DNA of 64,000 nt from Myxococcota bacterium (lineage in GTDB: Bacteria > Myxococcota_A > UBA9160 > UBA6930), in contig OZ245002.1 of the NCBI GenBank assembly GCA_965223415.1, positions 1,984,001-2,048,000 on the forward strand, read 5' to 3'. The notes below the pieces were generated by a model that saw only the letters and a program-made list of their open reading frames with translations, did not search any database and was not told the DNA's origin. Within the stretch, counting starts at the first letter, position 1, and each line of letters opens with the position of its first letter. The position numbers and the translations under genes are program-made. Below are positions 35,012-49,479 of this stretch, one piece after another.

Positions 35012-36718
35012 CTACTTCGCGGTCGCCGGCCCGGTGGTGCGGTTCGTGAGGACCTGCTGACCGATGCCGATCAGCGTGCTGACGAACCAGTAGAGCACCA
35101 GGCCCGATGCGAACTGGTAGAAGAGCACCGTGAACATCACGGGCATCACGGTCATCATCATGCGCTGCTGCGCCGGGTCCATGGAGCCCGACGGTGTGAG
35201 CTTCTGCTGCAGGAACATGCTCGCGCCCATCAGGATCGGGATCACGCGCACCGGCAGCTCGAGGCCAGGGATCACGAACAACGCCTCGGGGCGCGAGAGG
35301 TCGTCGATCCAGCCGACGAAGGGCTGCTGGCGAAGCTGGATCGCGCTCTGCAGGGCGAAGTAGAAGCCGATGAAGACCGGGAACTGCAGGAGCATCGGGA
35401 AGCAGCCCGACAGCATCGAGAAGGGGCTCACCCCCTCGCGCTTGTAGAGCGCCATCATCTCCTGGCTCTGCCGGTCCCGGTCGTCTTTGTACTTCTCCTG
35501 GATCTCCTTCATCTTCGGGGCGATGTCGCTCATGCGCTTCATCGACTTCATCTGCCGCGCCATCAGCGGTGCCATCAGCAGCCGCACCAGGATCGTGATG
35601 AGGATGATCGCGACGCCGTAGTTCGGCACGACGCCGTAGGCCGCCTCGAGGAGCCACGCGAAGAAGCGCGTCAGCGACGGGAACCAGCCCTTCTGGATGG
35701 CCTCGTCGAGATGGGCACCGAAGCCGTCGAGGCGCTCCTGCTCCTTCGGGCCGATGTAGATGCGGTACTCGTGGTCGATGCGCTGGCCCGGCGGGAGGTT
35801 CACCTCCTCGATGGCGACCTCGAGGAGCGCGGCGTCCTCACCGATCGGCGTCACCGTCGCGCCGGCGCGCTCCGGAACCTCGGGTGCGATGGCGGCCAGG
35901 AAGTAGGTGGTGTCCGCGGCCAACCAGTCGACACCGTTGTACTCCTTGATCTCCTCGATGCCTCCTGCGCCGAATCCGAGGAAGCTCTGGGCGGTGCGAA
36001 TGGGAAGCATCTCGACGTCGGCATCGGTGTAGAGCGCGACGGCGAAGTTCTCGAAGTCCGCACTGTCCCTGGCACGGGCGGGCCAGTGGAGGGTGAACTC
36101 CGGCTGCAGGTGACGATCGGAGCCGTTCTCGACCTCGATGCGCAGGCGCGCGCTGTAGCCGTCCTCGGCGAGGAGATAGGTCTTGCGCACGACGACGCCG
36201 GCGCGCTCGAACGTGAACACCCGGGTGTGATCGTCGGGCTCCTCGAGTCGGTAGGGGGCACGGCTCAGGTCGCCGAGGCCCAGACCCTCGAGGGGCGTGG
36301 AGAGCGCGCGCTCCTCGGGCCGCAGCGTCGTCACCTCGACGAGTGGGCGGCCCTCCTGGGAGGGATCGTCGTACTTGCGCAAGTCCCAGCGGACGAGCGT
36401 CCCGCCGTGGCTCGAGAACTCGGCCTCGAAGAGCTCGGTGGCCAGCGTCGACCGCTGCTCCGCGACCTCGGGGAGAGAGGGCTCCGCGGCGGGCGGGGGC
36501 GTAGGAGCCGGTCGAGGTGCAGGCTCGCTCGCGGTGGTCGACGCCGCCGGCGCGGACGTCGGCTCACCGGCAGCGAGCGGCTCCTCGGAGGGAGCCGGCT
36601 CTTCGGCCGCGGCCGGGTTCTCCTCGAGATACCGTTGCCTTTTCCCCTCGGTATACATCGTCCAGCTGACGATCACCGCGAAGGACAAGGTCATGGCGAG
36701 GAGGAAGTTACGATCCAT
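35012..36718 (-). CDS. yidC: Membrane protein insertase YidC
   Basis: [37 protein letters not shown]. Confidence 0.97.
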   Translation of the reverse strand: MDRNFLLAMTLSFAVIVSWTMYTEGKRQRYLEENPAAAEEPAPSEEPLAAGEPTSAPAASTTASEPAPRPAPTPPPAAEPSLPEVAEQRSTLATELFEAEFSSHGGTLVRWDLRKYDDPSQEGRPLVEVTTLRPEERALSTPLEGLGLGDLSRAPYRLEEPDDHTRVFTFERAGVVVRKTYLLAEDGYSARLRIEVENGSDRHLQPEFTLHWPARARDSADFENFAVALYTDADVEMLPIRTAQSFLGFGAGGIEEIKEYNGVDWLAADTTYFLAAIAPEVPERAGATVTPIGEDAALLEVAIEEVNLPPGQRIDHEYRIYIGPKEQERLDGFGAHLDEAIQKGWFPSLTRFFAWLLEAAYGVVPNYGVAIILITILVRLLMAPLMARQMKSMKRMSDIAPKMKEIQEKYKDDRDRQSQEMMALYKREGVSPFSMLSGCFPMLLQFPVFIGFYFALQSAIQLRQQPFVGWIDDLSRPEALFVIPGLELPVRVIPILMGASMFLQQKLTPSGSMDPAQQRMMMTVMPVMFTVLFYQFASGLVLYWFVSTLIGIGQQVLTNRTTGPATAK

Positions 36719-36956
36719 GACGCCTGTCCCCCGCGTGCGGCACCGGATCGAAGCCACCGGCGTGGAAGGGATGGCAGCGGGTGATCCTCCGCAACGCGAG
36801 CCAGCACCCGCGAGCGGGACCGTGCTCTTCGAGGGCCGCGATGGCGTACTCGGAGCAGCTCGGTGCGAATCGGCAGCTACCTCCGAGGTGCGGCGAGAGG
36901 ACGACCTGGTAGACGCGCACGGTGAGCTGCAGGGCGTGCGTCACGAGGCGCGTCAT
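36708..36956 (-). CDS. yidD: Membrane protein insertion efficiency factor
   Basis: [11 protein letters not shown]...[17 protein letters not shown]. Confidence 0.96.
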   Translation of the reverse strand: MTRLVTHALQLTVRVYQVVLSPHLGGSCRFAPSCSEYAIAALEEHGPARGCWLALRRITRCHPFHAGGFDPVPHAGDRRHGS

Positions 36957-37315
36957 CCGGTGAGCTCCGTCAGCTCGTCCGCGATCTCGGCGGCGCTCCG
37001 ATCGGCAGCGCCGCGCCGCGCGATCACGACCAGGTCTTCCCCTTCGGGGAATCCATCGTGGCCCCGCCGGAACCACTCGCGCACCCGACGCTTCACGTGG
37101 TTGCGAGCGACGGCGTTGCCCACCTTGCGACTCACCGCGAGGCCCATGCGCGTCCGCGGCGCCTCGTAGCCCGACGCCCGGACCACCACGAAGTGGCGTC
37201 CCGCATGTCGCCGGCCCACGCGCTGCACGCGACGGAAATCCTTCGCGCTGCGCAGCCGGGAATCCCGGCGGAGGCGCTGGGAGCCCTCTCTGTGCCTGGA
37301 GAGGTCATCGGGCAT
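36953..37315 (-). CDS. rnpA: Ribonuclease P protein component
   Basis: [25 protein letters not shown]. Confidence 0.95.
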   Translation of the reverse strand: MPDDLSRHREGSQRLRRDSRLRSAKDFRRVQRVGRRHAGRHFVVVRASGYEAPRTRMGLAVSRKVGNAVARNHVKRRVREWFRRGHDGFPEGEDLVVIARRGAADRSAAEIADELTELTG

Positions 37316-37356
37316 CGCTGTCCACGGGGAGGAGGGACCGTGGCCGCGGGTCCTGC

Positions 37357-37506
37357 CTACTTCGACGGGACGCTGACGGCGAGCCGCTTCCGGCCCTTGG
37401 CCCGGCGTCGCTTGATCACCGCCCGGCCGCTCTTGGTCTTCATCCGAGCACGAAAGCCATGGGAACGGAGGCGGCGAATGCGGCTCGGCTGATAGGTTCG
37501 CTTCAT
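37357..37506 (-). CDS. rpmH: 50S ribosomal protein L34
   Basis: Manual translation [49 protein letters not shown]; not in the ORF track. Confidence 0.97.
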   Translation of the reverse strand: MKRTYQPSRIRRLRSHGFRARMKTKSGRAVIKRRRAKGRKRLAVSVPSK

Positions 37507-37566
37507 GATCCAGGCTCTTGCTCGAGCTGATCCTGGGTAGGGCCCACAAGGGGCGGAGAGCGCGGG

Positions 37567-37595
37567 ATCCTACCCCTCGCCTCCGAGGAGCGCAA
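37567..37595 (-). promoter_or_regulatory. Sigma70 promoter for rpmH
   Basis: Minus strand TTGCGC-N17-TAGGAT. Confidence 0.6.
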
Positions 37596-37652
37596 TGGAA
37601 TCCGAAGGAGTCCCGAGGTGCCTGTTTCCGTCGGTCGGACCGCCGGACGGAG

Positions 37653-37661
37653 TGGTATGAT
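37653..37661 (+). promoter_or_regulatory. Extended -10 promoter pointing toward dnaN
   Basis: TGGTATGAT (TGn-TATGAT). Confidence 0.55.
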
Positions 37662-37844
37662 TCCCCCGCCGGTCACCGGAGGGGGTGAGACGACATTCGC
37701 GCGGTTCGACCCGCGCGGGCCGACACAGCGAGAAGTGCGGAGTTTCGGAGTACTTCGGTCCGCTTTGTCGGTTTGTCGCACCCTCTCTCCTTCATCATCC
37801 TTCTTTCTAGAACGAAAGAAGAATCAGAGAAGAGGCGAGATGCA

Positions 37845-38969
37845 ATGAAGCTCGTGATCGAGAAGGGCGATCTGCAGCGGGGTCTGGGTCGTCTGCAGGC
37901 GATCGTGGAGAAGCGCAACTCGATGCCCATCCTGGCGAACGTGCTCCTCACGGCGTCGGGCAAGGGAGCCGACGCGAGTCTCGAGCTCGCCGCGACCGAT
38001 CTCGAGGTGGGCATCCGTGGTGCGCAGAAGGCCGACGTCTCGAAAGAAGGTGCACTCACCGTCTCTGCCCGCAAGCTTTACGACATCGTCCGCGAGCTCC
38101 CGGACGAGCCCGTCCAGCTCCAGTCGACGGACAACAGCTACCTCGAGATCCGTTGCGGTCGCTCGCGATTCTCCCTCGCGGGCGCGGATGCGGACGAGTA
38201 TCCGAGCCTTCCCGAATTCTCGCCGGGACAGCTCGTACGTCTCCAGGCGGCGGTTCTGAGCCAAATGATCGAGCGGACGATGTATGCCGCTTCCGTCGAC
38301 GAGACCCGGTACAACCTGAACGGCGTCTACTTCGAGGTGCTGCCCGAAGACGAGAAGATTCGCATGGTCGCGACCGACGGCCACCGTCTCGCGATGGTCG
38401 ATCGTGTGATCGGGAGCGACGCGAGCGGCCTTGCGAGTGGCCTCATCATTCCGCGAAAGGGGCTCGCGGAGCTCAAACGGCTCGTGGACGAGGAAGATGC
38501 GGACGAGATCGAGATCGGCTTCGAAGGCAACAGCGGACTCGCCCGCAAGGGAGACGTGACCCTCGTGATGCGACTGATCGAGGGGGAGTTCCCGAACTAC
38601 CGACAGGTCGTGCCCGAAGACATCCAGCGCCCGTTCACCCTCGCCGCGGAGCCGCTCACCCGCGCGTTGCGGCGTGTCGCACTGCTCTCGGCCGAGCGCA
38701 GCCGGGCGATCAAGCTCGATCTCGGCGAGGGGGCGCTGGTCATCTCATCGAGCAATCCGGATCTCGGCGAGGCTTCGGAAGAGCTCGACTTCGACTACTC
38801 GGGCGAACCGGTCTCGGTCGGCTTCAACGCCCGCTATCTGCTCGACGCCCTCGGAGCGCTGGGCGCGAAGGAGATCACGCTGGGCCTCCGCGACGGGAAT
38901 ACGGCCGCGGAGCTGCGCCCCACCGACGACACCGACAGCGTCGCGGTGGTGATGCCCATGAGGCTCTAG
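37845..38969 (+). CDS. dnaN: DNA polymerase III beta clamp
   Basis: MPILANVLL, ATDLE, ATDGHRL, RLIEGEFPNY, VVMPMRL. Confidence 0.98.
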   Translation: MKLVIEKGDLQRGLGRLQAIVEKRNSMPILANVLLTASGKGADASLELAATDLEVGIRGAQKADVSKEGALTVSARKLYDIVRELPDEPVQLQSTDNSYLEIRCGRSRFSLAGADADEYPSLPEFSPGQLVRLQAAVLSQMIERTMYAASVDETRYNLNGVYFEVLPEDEKIRMVATDGHRLAMVDRVIGSDASGLASGLIIPRKGLAELKRLVDEEDADEIEIGFEGNSGLARKGDVTLVMRLIEGEFPNYRQVVPEDIQRPFTLAAEPLTRALRRVALLSAERSRAIKLDLGEGALVISSSNPDLGEASEELDFDYSGEPVSVGFNARYLLDALGALGAKEITLGLRDGNTAAELRPTDDTDSVAVVMPMRL

Positions 38970-38990
38970 GAATCGGTCTCAACCCCCTGA

Positions 38991-41661
<2,671 letters not shown>

Positions 41662-41662
41662 G

Positions 41663-44218
<2,556 letters not shown>

Positions 44219-44222
44219 GTCG

Positions 44223-44537
44223 GTGGGCGCGGAGCCGACGCTCCGCTTCCTCGGCGCCGCAGGAAGGGCGACCGGGTCGAAGTCCGGGGCCGAGCGGGTG
44301 AAGGTGCACGGGCGCTACATCCCGGTCCGGGCGCGGGTGGAGCAGCTCGACGTGTTCTCCGCCCACGCGGACCAGGCCGAGCTCCTCGCCTGGCTGGGCG
44401 GCTGCGAGCGGGCGCCGAGGCAGGTCTTCGTGACCCACGGCGAGCGGCCGGCGGCGGACAGCCTGCGCCGGCGGATCGTGGAGGATCTCGGCATGCGGGC
44501 CCGGGCGCCGGAGCACGACGGGGTCCACGGGCTCTAG
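44223..44537 (+). pseudogene. Internally deleted MBL/beta-CASP ribonuclease (N-terminal strand joined to the C-terminal RMMBL part)
   Basis: [14 protein letters not shown] joined directly to GAERVKVHG...FSAHADQ...VFVTHGE; no HxHxDH motif. Confidence 0.75.
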
Positions 44538-44543
44538 CCGGGT

Positions 44544-44591
44544 CCCAAGAACGCAAGTCGCAAGGAACGTCCCCACTCTTGCGTTCTCGGG
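44544..44591. repeat. Stem-loop with AGGAACGTCCC loop core
   Basis: CCCAAGAACGCAAG ... CTTGCGTTCTCGGG; loop shares 11 nt with the 6.4-kb palindrome. Confidence 0.65.
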
Positions 44592-44653
44592 CGAATGCCC
44601 CGCGGGGGGTGGGGTGGTTGCCGGAGGGTGGGGGCGGGCTACAAACCCGGGCC

Positions 44654-45964
44654 ATGCCTCCCAGCGATCTGGATCTGTCCCGGTCGAAGGCGCTCTTCCG
44701 GCGGGCGCGACGGCTCATTCCCGGCGGTGTGAACAGTCCGGTGCGGGCCTTCGGGTCGGTGGGCGGGACGCCGCCGTTCATCGCCTCGGGGAAGGGCGCG
44801 TACGTCACCGACGTCGACGGCAACCGCTACGTCGACTACGTCGGGTCGTGGGGGCCGCTCATCCTGGGGCACGCGGATCCGGGCGTGGTCCGCGCGGTGA
44901 AGAAGGCCGCCTCTGCGGGGACGAGCTTCGGCGCGCCGACCGAGGGCGAGGTCGAGATCGCGGAGCTCGTGTGCAAGGCGGTGCCGAGCATGCAGCAGGT
45001 GCGCTTCGTGTCGTCGGGGACCGAGGCGACGATGAGCGCGATCCGGCTGGCCCGGGGCGCCACCGGCCGCAAGAAGATCCTGAAGTTCGCGGGCTGCTAC
45101 CACGGCCACTCGGATTCGCTGCTCGTCGGTGCCGGCTCCGGCGTCGCCACCCTCGGCATCCCGGGCTCTCCGGGCGTTCCCGAGGAGTTCGTGAAGCTCA
45201 CGATCCAGGTGCCCTTCAACGATCTCTCGTCGGTGGCGTCGGCCTTCAAGCACCACGGCGAGGACCTGGCGTGCGTGCTGGTCGAGCCGGTGGCCGGGAA
45301 CATGGGCTGCGTGCCGCCGCTACCGGGCTTCCTCCAGGGCCTGCGGGACCTGTGCGATCGCCACGGGGTGCTGCTGGTCTTCGACGAGGTGATGACCGGC
45401 TTCCGGGTGGCCTGGGGCGGCGCCCAGTGCCTCCACAAGGTGAAGCCCGATCTCACGACCTTCGGCAAGGTGATCGGCGGTGGGCTGCCGGCGGCGGCCT
45501 ACGGCGGTCGCAAGGAGCTGATGCAGGAGATCGCGCCGAGCGGCCCCGTGTATCAGGCGGGGACCCTCTCGGGGAATCCGCTGGCGGTAGCCGCCGGGCT
45601 CGAGACCCTGCGCCGGCTGGCCGAGCCCGGCGTCTACGACGCCCTGGGCGAGAAGACGCGGCTCCTCAGCGAGGGCCTGGCGGCCCGGGCCGAGGCGGCC
45701 GGGCTCGAGCTCACCACGGCGGCGGTCGGCGGCATGTTCGGCTTCTTCTTCCATCCGGGCCCGGTGCGGAACTTCGAGGACGCCAAGAAGGCCCACGAAG
45801 GCCGCTTCCAGGTCTTCTTCCAGAGCCTGCTCGAGCAGGGAATCTACCTGGCGCCCTCCCCCTTCGAGGCCGGCTTCGTCTCGCTCCGGCACGGCCGGAA
45901 GGAGCTGCGCGGGACCCTCCAAGCGGCCGAAATCGCGCTCGAAAGGGCCGCCAAGGTCCGTTGA
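44654..45964 (+). CDS. hemL: Glutamate-1-semialdehyde 2,1-aminomutase
   Basis: [39 protein letters not shown]. Confidence 0.97.
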   Translation: MPPSDLDLSRSKALFRRARRLIPGGVNSPVRAFGSVGGTPPFIASGKGAYVTDVDGNRYVDYVGSWGPLILGHADPGVVRAVKKAASAGTSFGAPTEGEVEIAELVCKAVPSMQQVRFVSSGTEATMSAIRLARGATGRKKILKFAGCYHGHSDSLLVGAGSGVATLGIPGSPGVPEEFVKLTIQVPFNDLSSVASAFKHHGEDLACVLVEPVAGNMGCVPPLPGFLQGLRDLCDRHGVLLVFDEVMTGFRVAWGGAQCLHKVKPDLTTFGKVIGGGLPAAAYGGRKELMQEIAPSGPVYQAGTLSGNPLAVAAGLETLRRLAEPGVYDALGEKTRLLSEGLAARAEAAGLELTTAAVGGMFGFFFHPGPVRNFEDAKKAHEGRFQVFFQSLLEQGIYLAPSPFEAGFVSLRHGRKELRGTLQAAEIALERAAKVR

Positions 45965-46036
45965 GGCCCCCGGGGCCATCGGCTAGGATCCGCGCCGCTT
46001 CGCACCGGCCCGGCCCGGCTGGACTTCCGGGGCGAG

Positions 46037-46321
46037 GTGCAGATCGTGAACCAGGATCGGGACGACGGGTCGGACGAGGGCGGCCTTCCGGAGGGAGGCA
46101 CCCGCGCCTACTCGGCGGCCATGGAGGCCGTGGTCGCCATCCCCATCGCCATGGGGCTTGGGTGGTGGGCGGACACGAAGCTCGGAACGAGCCCCTGGCT
46201 CCTGTTTCTCGGTCTCGGCTTCGGCTTCGCCGCCTTCGTCCGCCGCCTGGTGCGAATGAGGAAGCTGGTCGAGCAGCAAGCGCGCGCCGCGAGCGACGAC
46301 GATGACCACCGCGACGACTGA
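46037..46321 (+). CDS. AtpZ/AtpI-family (gene 1) membrane protein
   Basis: GLGWWADTKLGTSPWLLFLGLGFG; upstream of atpB. Confidence 0.85.
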   Translation: MQIVNQDRDDGSDEGGLPEGGTRAYSAAMEAVVAIPIAMGLGWWADTKLGTSPWLLFLGLGFGFAAFVRRLVRMRKLVEQQARAASDDDDHRDD

Positions 46322-46799
46322 CTGGAACGAGACGATGCAGCAGGGCTCTGTGCTCGGCTGGAACCTCGCCATCTCGGCGGGGGCCACCGCTGCGTCCTGG
46401 GCGCTCGTCTCGCCGCGCTTCGCTCTCGCCCTCGCCCTGGGGGCCGCTCTCGAGGTCGTGAACTTCCGCTCCCTCTACGCCTCGTGCCGGGGGATCTTCC
46501 TCATGGGCGCCGAGGGCGTGGCCGGCGCCGGCCCCGCCGTGGGCGCTTTCGGCGTGCGCTTCATCCTGCTGGCCGCCGTGCTCTTCTTCGCCCTGCGCGC
46601 CGGCCTGCACCCGGTCGGGCTCGTGGTGGGCCTCTCCTTGATCATGCCCGCAGCGGTCGTCGCCGCCTGGCGGGCGCGCCCGCCGATCGATCCGGACGCG
46701 CCGGTGCTCTCCGACGACGATCCCTCCTGGGATGCCTGGAACCCCTGGCTGGCTCGCGAGGACGAGCCGGCCGATGATGACGAGGACCTCCTGTCGTGA
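46302..46799 (+). CDS. atpI: ATP synthase protein I-like membrane protein
   Basis: Four hydrophobic segments; located between atpZ and atpB. Confidence 0.7.
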   Translation: MTTATTDWNETMQQGSVLGWNLAISAGATAASWALVSPRFALALALGAALEVVNFRSLYASCRGIFLMGAEGVAGAGPAVGAFGVRFILLAAVLFFALRAGLHPVGLVVGLSLIMPAAVVAAWRARPPIDPDAPVLSDDDPSWDAWNPWLAREDEPADDDEDLLS

Positions 46800-47515
46800 A
46801 CGTCTTCCACGGCCTCGAGCACGCGACCCACGTTCCGTGGGTGATCTGGTCCGCGCTCTTCGCGGGCGCGCTGCTCCTCGTGACCGGCACGGTCATCCGC
46901 TCCCGACTGGTCGCCGCCAACGGTGGCGTCGTGCCCGACGAGGGCTTCACGATCCGCAACGCCCTGGAGCTGCTGGTCGAGATGCTCTCGGGCCTCGCCG
47001 AAGACAACATGGGGCCGAACTGGAGGAAGTACTTCCCCTTCATCGGCACCCTCTTCCTGTTCATCCTGTTCTCGAACATGCTCGGGCTCATCCCCACCAT
47101 CGACGGGGCCACGAGCAGCGCCGCCACCACCTGGGCGTGGGCGATCATCTCCTTCCTGATCCACCAGTACGTCGGGATCAAGGAGCACGGCTGGTCCTAC
47201 GTGAACCACTTCCTCGGACCCAGCCTCTACGATCTCGAGGTCGGCGAGAAGACTTATCACCTGCGGCTGATGGCGCCGCTCTACGCGCCCATCGAGCTGC
47301 TCTCCCATCTCTCGCGAGTGTTCACCCTGGCGGTGCGTCTGCTCGCGAACATGTTCGCGGACCACACCGTCGTGGCGGTGTGGCTGGGCCTCGTGCCGGT
47401 CGCGGTGCCCGCCATCTTCATGGGCCTGGGCGTGCTGGTCGCGTTCCTGCAGGCCTACGTGTTCGCGATGCTCTCGATGATCTACATCGGCCTGGCCCTC
47501 GAAGAGGCCCACTAG
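46796..47515 (+). CDS. atpB: ATP synthase F0 subunit a
   Basis: FSNMLGLIP, TLAVRLLANMFADH, LQAYVFAML. Confidence 0.96.
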   Translation: MNVFHGLEHATHVPWVIWSALFAGALLLVTGTVIRSRLVAANGGVVPDEGFTIRNALELLVEMLSGLAEDNMGPNWRKYFPFIGTLFLFILFSNMLGLIPTIDGATSSAATTWAWAIISFLIHQYVGIKEHGWSYVNHFLGPSLYDLEVGEKTYHLRLMAPLYAPIELLSHLSRVFTLAVRLLANMFADHTVVAVWLGLVPVAVPAIFMGLGVLVAFLQAYVFAMLSMIYIGLALEEAH

Positions 47516-47538
47516 CCTTCACCAAGGAGACCACCCAT

Positions 47539-47856
47539 ATGCGCAAGTTCGGCAACCTTCTCTTCTGGACGCTCGTCGTCTTCCTCGTGCCCGCCGCGGC
47601 GTTCGCCCAGGACGGCGGCGCCAGCGACGCCAGCTGGGGTTACGCCCTCGGCGCCGGCATCGCCATCGGCTTCGCCGGGCTGGGCTGTGGCATCGGCCAG
47701 GGCCTCACCGCCGGCAACACGACGGCCGGCATCGCCCGCAACCCGGGCGCGGCGGGCGCGATGTTCACCAACTTCATCCTCGGCATGGTGCTGATCGAGT
47801 CGATCGCGATCTACGGCCTCGTGATCGGCTTCCTGCTCCAGGGCAAGATCGGCTAG
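47539..47856 (+). CDS. atpE: ATP synthase F0 subunit c, with N-terminal signal-like extension
   Basis: GLGCGIGQG, ARNP, LIESIAIY; AAGGAG RBS. Confidence 0.96.
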   Translation: MRKFGNLLFWTLVVFLVPAAAFAQDGGASDASWGYALGAGIAIGFAGLGCGIGQGLTAGNTTAGIARNPGAAGAMFTNFILGMVLIESIAIYGLVIGFLLQGKIG

Positions 47857-47869
47857 CTCTATCCTTTCT

Positions 47870-47980
47870 TGACTCTTCGCTCGCCTCCCCCGAGGCGAAG
47901 CCTCGCGGGGGCTCGCTGCGCGCGCCGGCAGCGCTTGCGGCGGGACGGGCTCGCGGCTTCGCCGCATCGCTCGCTTGCCG
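47870..47980. repeat. REP-like GC-rich palindromic element
   Basis: ccccgaggc-gaa-gcctcgcgggg hairpin plus a motif shared with 5680-5790. Confidence 0.55.
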
Positions 47981-48061
47981 TGGACGGGGTTGAGTCGACC
48001 AGGGACGAAGACACGGCCCGGCGGCCATGGTGCCGCCGGGCCGTCTTGCGTGCGGGCCCGT

Positions 48062-48247
48062 TCAAGGCCTGGGGATCTCGAGGTCTCGGCAGATCCGTAG
48101 AACGAGCAGCTCCCGGACCTCGCGGTGGCGAGGCAGTGTCGAAACGCGGCCGGTCCGGCCATGCACGTAGACAGAATGCCTACTGCCCTCGCGAAGAAGG
48201 CGACAGCCGTGACGTCGGAGATGACGCTCCAGATCGCGCCGCTTCAC
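48062..48247 (-). CDS. hicA: HicA-family toxin (mRNA interferase)
   Basis: MKRRDLERHLRRHGCRLLREGSRH...LPRHREV...ICRDLEI. Confidence 0.9.
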   Translation of the reverse strand: MKRRDLERHLRRHGCRLLREGSRHSVYVHGRTGRVSTLPRHREVRELLVLRICRDLEIPRP

Positions 48248-48474
48248 CCGCCGGCGATCTTGAGCAGCTCCCGGATCACCTCCCCCTCGCCTGCTTCGCG
48301 CCGGGCGAGCTCGCGATTCGCCTGGAGGACCAACGCGACGGCTTCTTTGAGGTTGTCCCGCGCCTCATCCAGCGTCGCGCCCTGGGTGTTCGCGCCCGGC
48401 AGCTCCTCGACGAAGGCGACGTAGCCGTCGTCGACCCTCCGGAACACTGCGGTGAACGTCAGCTCCATGTCCAT
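48244..48474 (-). CDS. hicB: HicB-family antitoxin, short form with no DNA-binding domain
   Basis: GYVAFVEELPGANTQGATLDEARDNLKEAV. Confidence 0.92.
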   Translation of the reverse strand: MDMELTFTAVFRRVDDGYVAFVEELPGANTQGATLDEARDNLKEAVALVLQANRELARREAGEGEVIRELLKIAGG

Positions 48475-48519
48475 CTCCGCTTCTCCTCCAATCTAGCCCG
48501 CTGACCCCCACCACCGCCT

Positions 48520-48716
48520 ACCCGGCAAGCAAGCCGAAGGGAGCGGAGAGTCACGAAGAGGCTGAATGAAGCCTCCGGGCGGGAGCAAGCGACGCGGGTC
48601 TCACCCCGTGTTGAATCCCCACGCCGCAGCCGAGCTCACGCCCGGAGGCTTCGGCCCGCGTGATCCCCGGTCCCGTCGAGGGATGCTTGCGGGCGGGCGC
48701 CTCTCGGCGCCGTGGC
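48520..48716 (-). ncRNA. Candidate sigma54-dependent structured RNA
   Basis: Begins with a GGCGCC-GAGA-GGCGCC GNRA hairpin; 14-bp perfect stem 48568-48581/48639-48652; no credible ORF; ends approximate. Confidence 0.45.
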
Positions 48717-48726
48717 GTTTCGCAAT

Positions 48727-48742
48727 CGCAACCCGCGTGCCA
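48727..48742 (-). promoter_or_regulatory. Sigma54 promoter
   Basis: Minus strand TGGCAC-GCGGG-TTGCG. Confidence 0.8.
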
Positions 48743-48850
48743 CTCTCTGCCGATGCCCGGAAGGAACGAAAGCTCAAGGGCTGCGGGCGCTTGCGCCGCG
48801 CCGGCTCCGCCCGGGCCGGCTACGGGTGAACGACGGCGGGCGGTGGGCCC

Positions 48851-49468
48851 GTGAACGACGGTGCACGCGGCGTGTTCATCGTGTTCGAGGGGGTCGACGG
48901 GAGCGGCAAGTCGACCCAGGTCGTGCGGCTGGCAGCGCGGCTGGAGCAGGCGGGACACGCCGTGGTGTCGACCCGCGAGCCCCACGATTGCCCGGCCGGG
49001 CGACGCATCCGGGCGATGGCGCGGAGCGGCGAGCGGGTGAGCGCCGAGCAGGAGCTGGCGTGGTTCCAGGAGCAGCGCCGCGAGCACGTGCGCGACGTCA
49101 TCGCCCCGGCACTGGCCGAACGCCGCACGGTGGTGTGCGATCGCTACTACCTCTCCTCCGTCGCCTATCAAGGCGCTCGCGGTCTCGATCCGGCGCGTAT
49201 CCTCCGCGAGAGCGAGGCGGAGTTCCCCCACCCGGATCTGGTGCTGCTTCTGAACCTGGGGCCCGAGGAGGGCCTCGGACGGGTAGAGGGGCGGGGCGGC
49301 CCCGCCGAGCCGGTCTTCGAGGATCGCGAGCGCCTGCGGGCGGTGGACGCAATCTATCGCACCCTCGATCTCGCCTACCTGACGCCGGTGGACGCGAGTG
49401 GGTCCGAGGACGCGGTAGCGGACGAGGTGTGCACTCTCGTTCGCGAGCGCCTCGACCTGATGGTGTAA
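48851..49468 (+). CDS. tmk: Thymidylate kinase
   Basis: FEGVDGSGKST, TREP, CDRYYLSSVAYQG. Confidence 0.95.
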   Translation: MNDGARGVFIVFEGVDGSGKSTQVVRLAARLEQAGHAVVSTREPHDCPAGRRIRAMARSGERVSAEQELAWFQEQRREHVRDVIAPALAERRTVVCDRYYLSSVAYQGARGLDPARILRESEAEFPHPDLVLLLNLGPEEGLGRVEGRGGPAEPVFEDRERLRAVDAIYRTLDLAYLTPVDASGSEDAVADEVCTLVRERLDLMV

Positions 49469-49479
49469 ACTCCCTCGCC

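Larger units (their letters stand above)
37507..37844. other. Putative oriC-like spacer between rpmH and dnaN, with no dnaA gene
   Basis: Gene orientation switch, parS cluster nearby, low-GC pyrimidine/purine tract at 37781-37835; no TTATCCACA seen. Confidence 0.5.
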
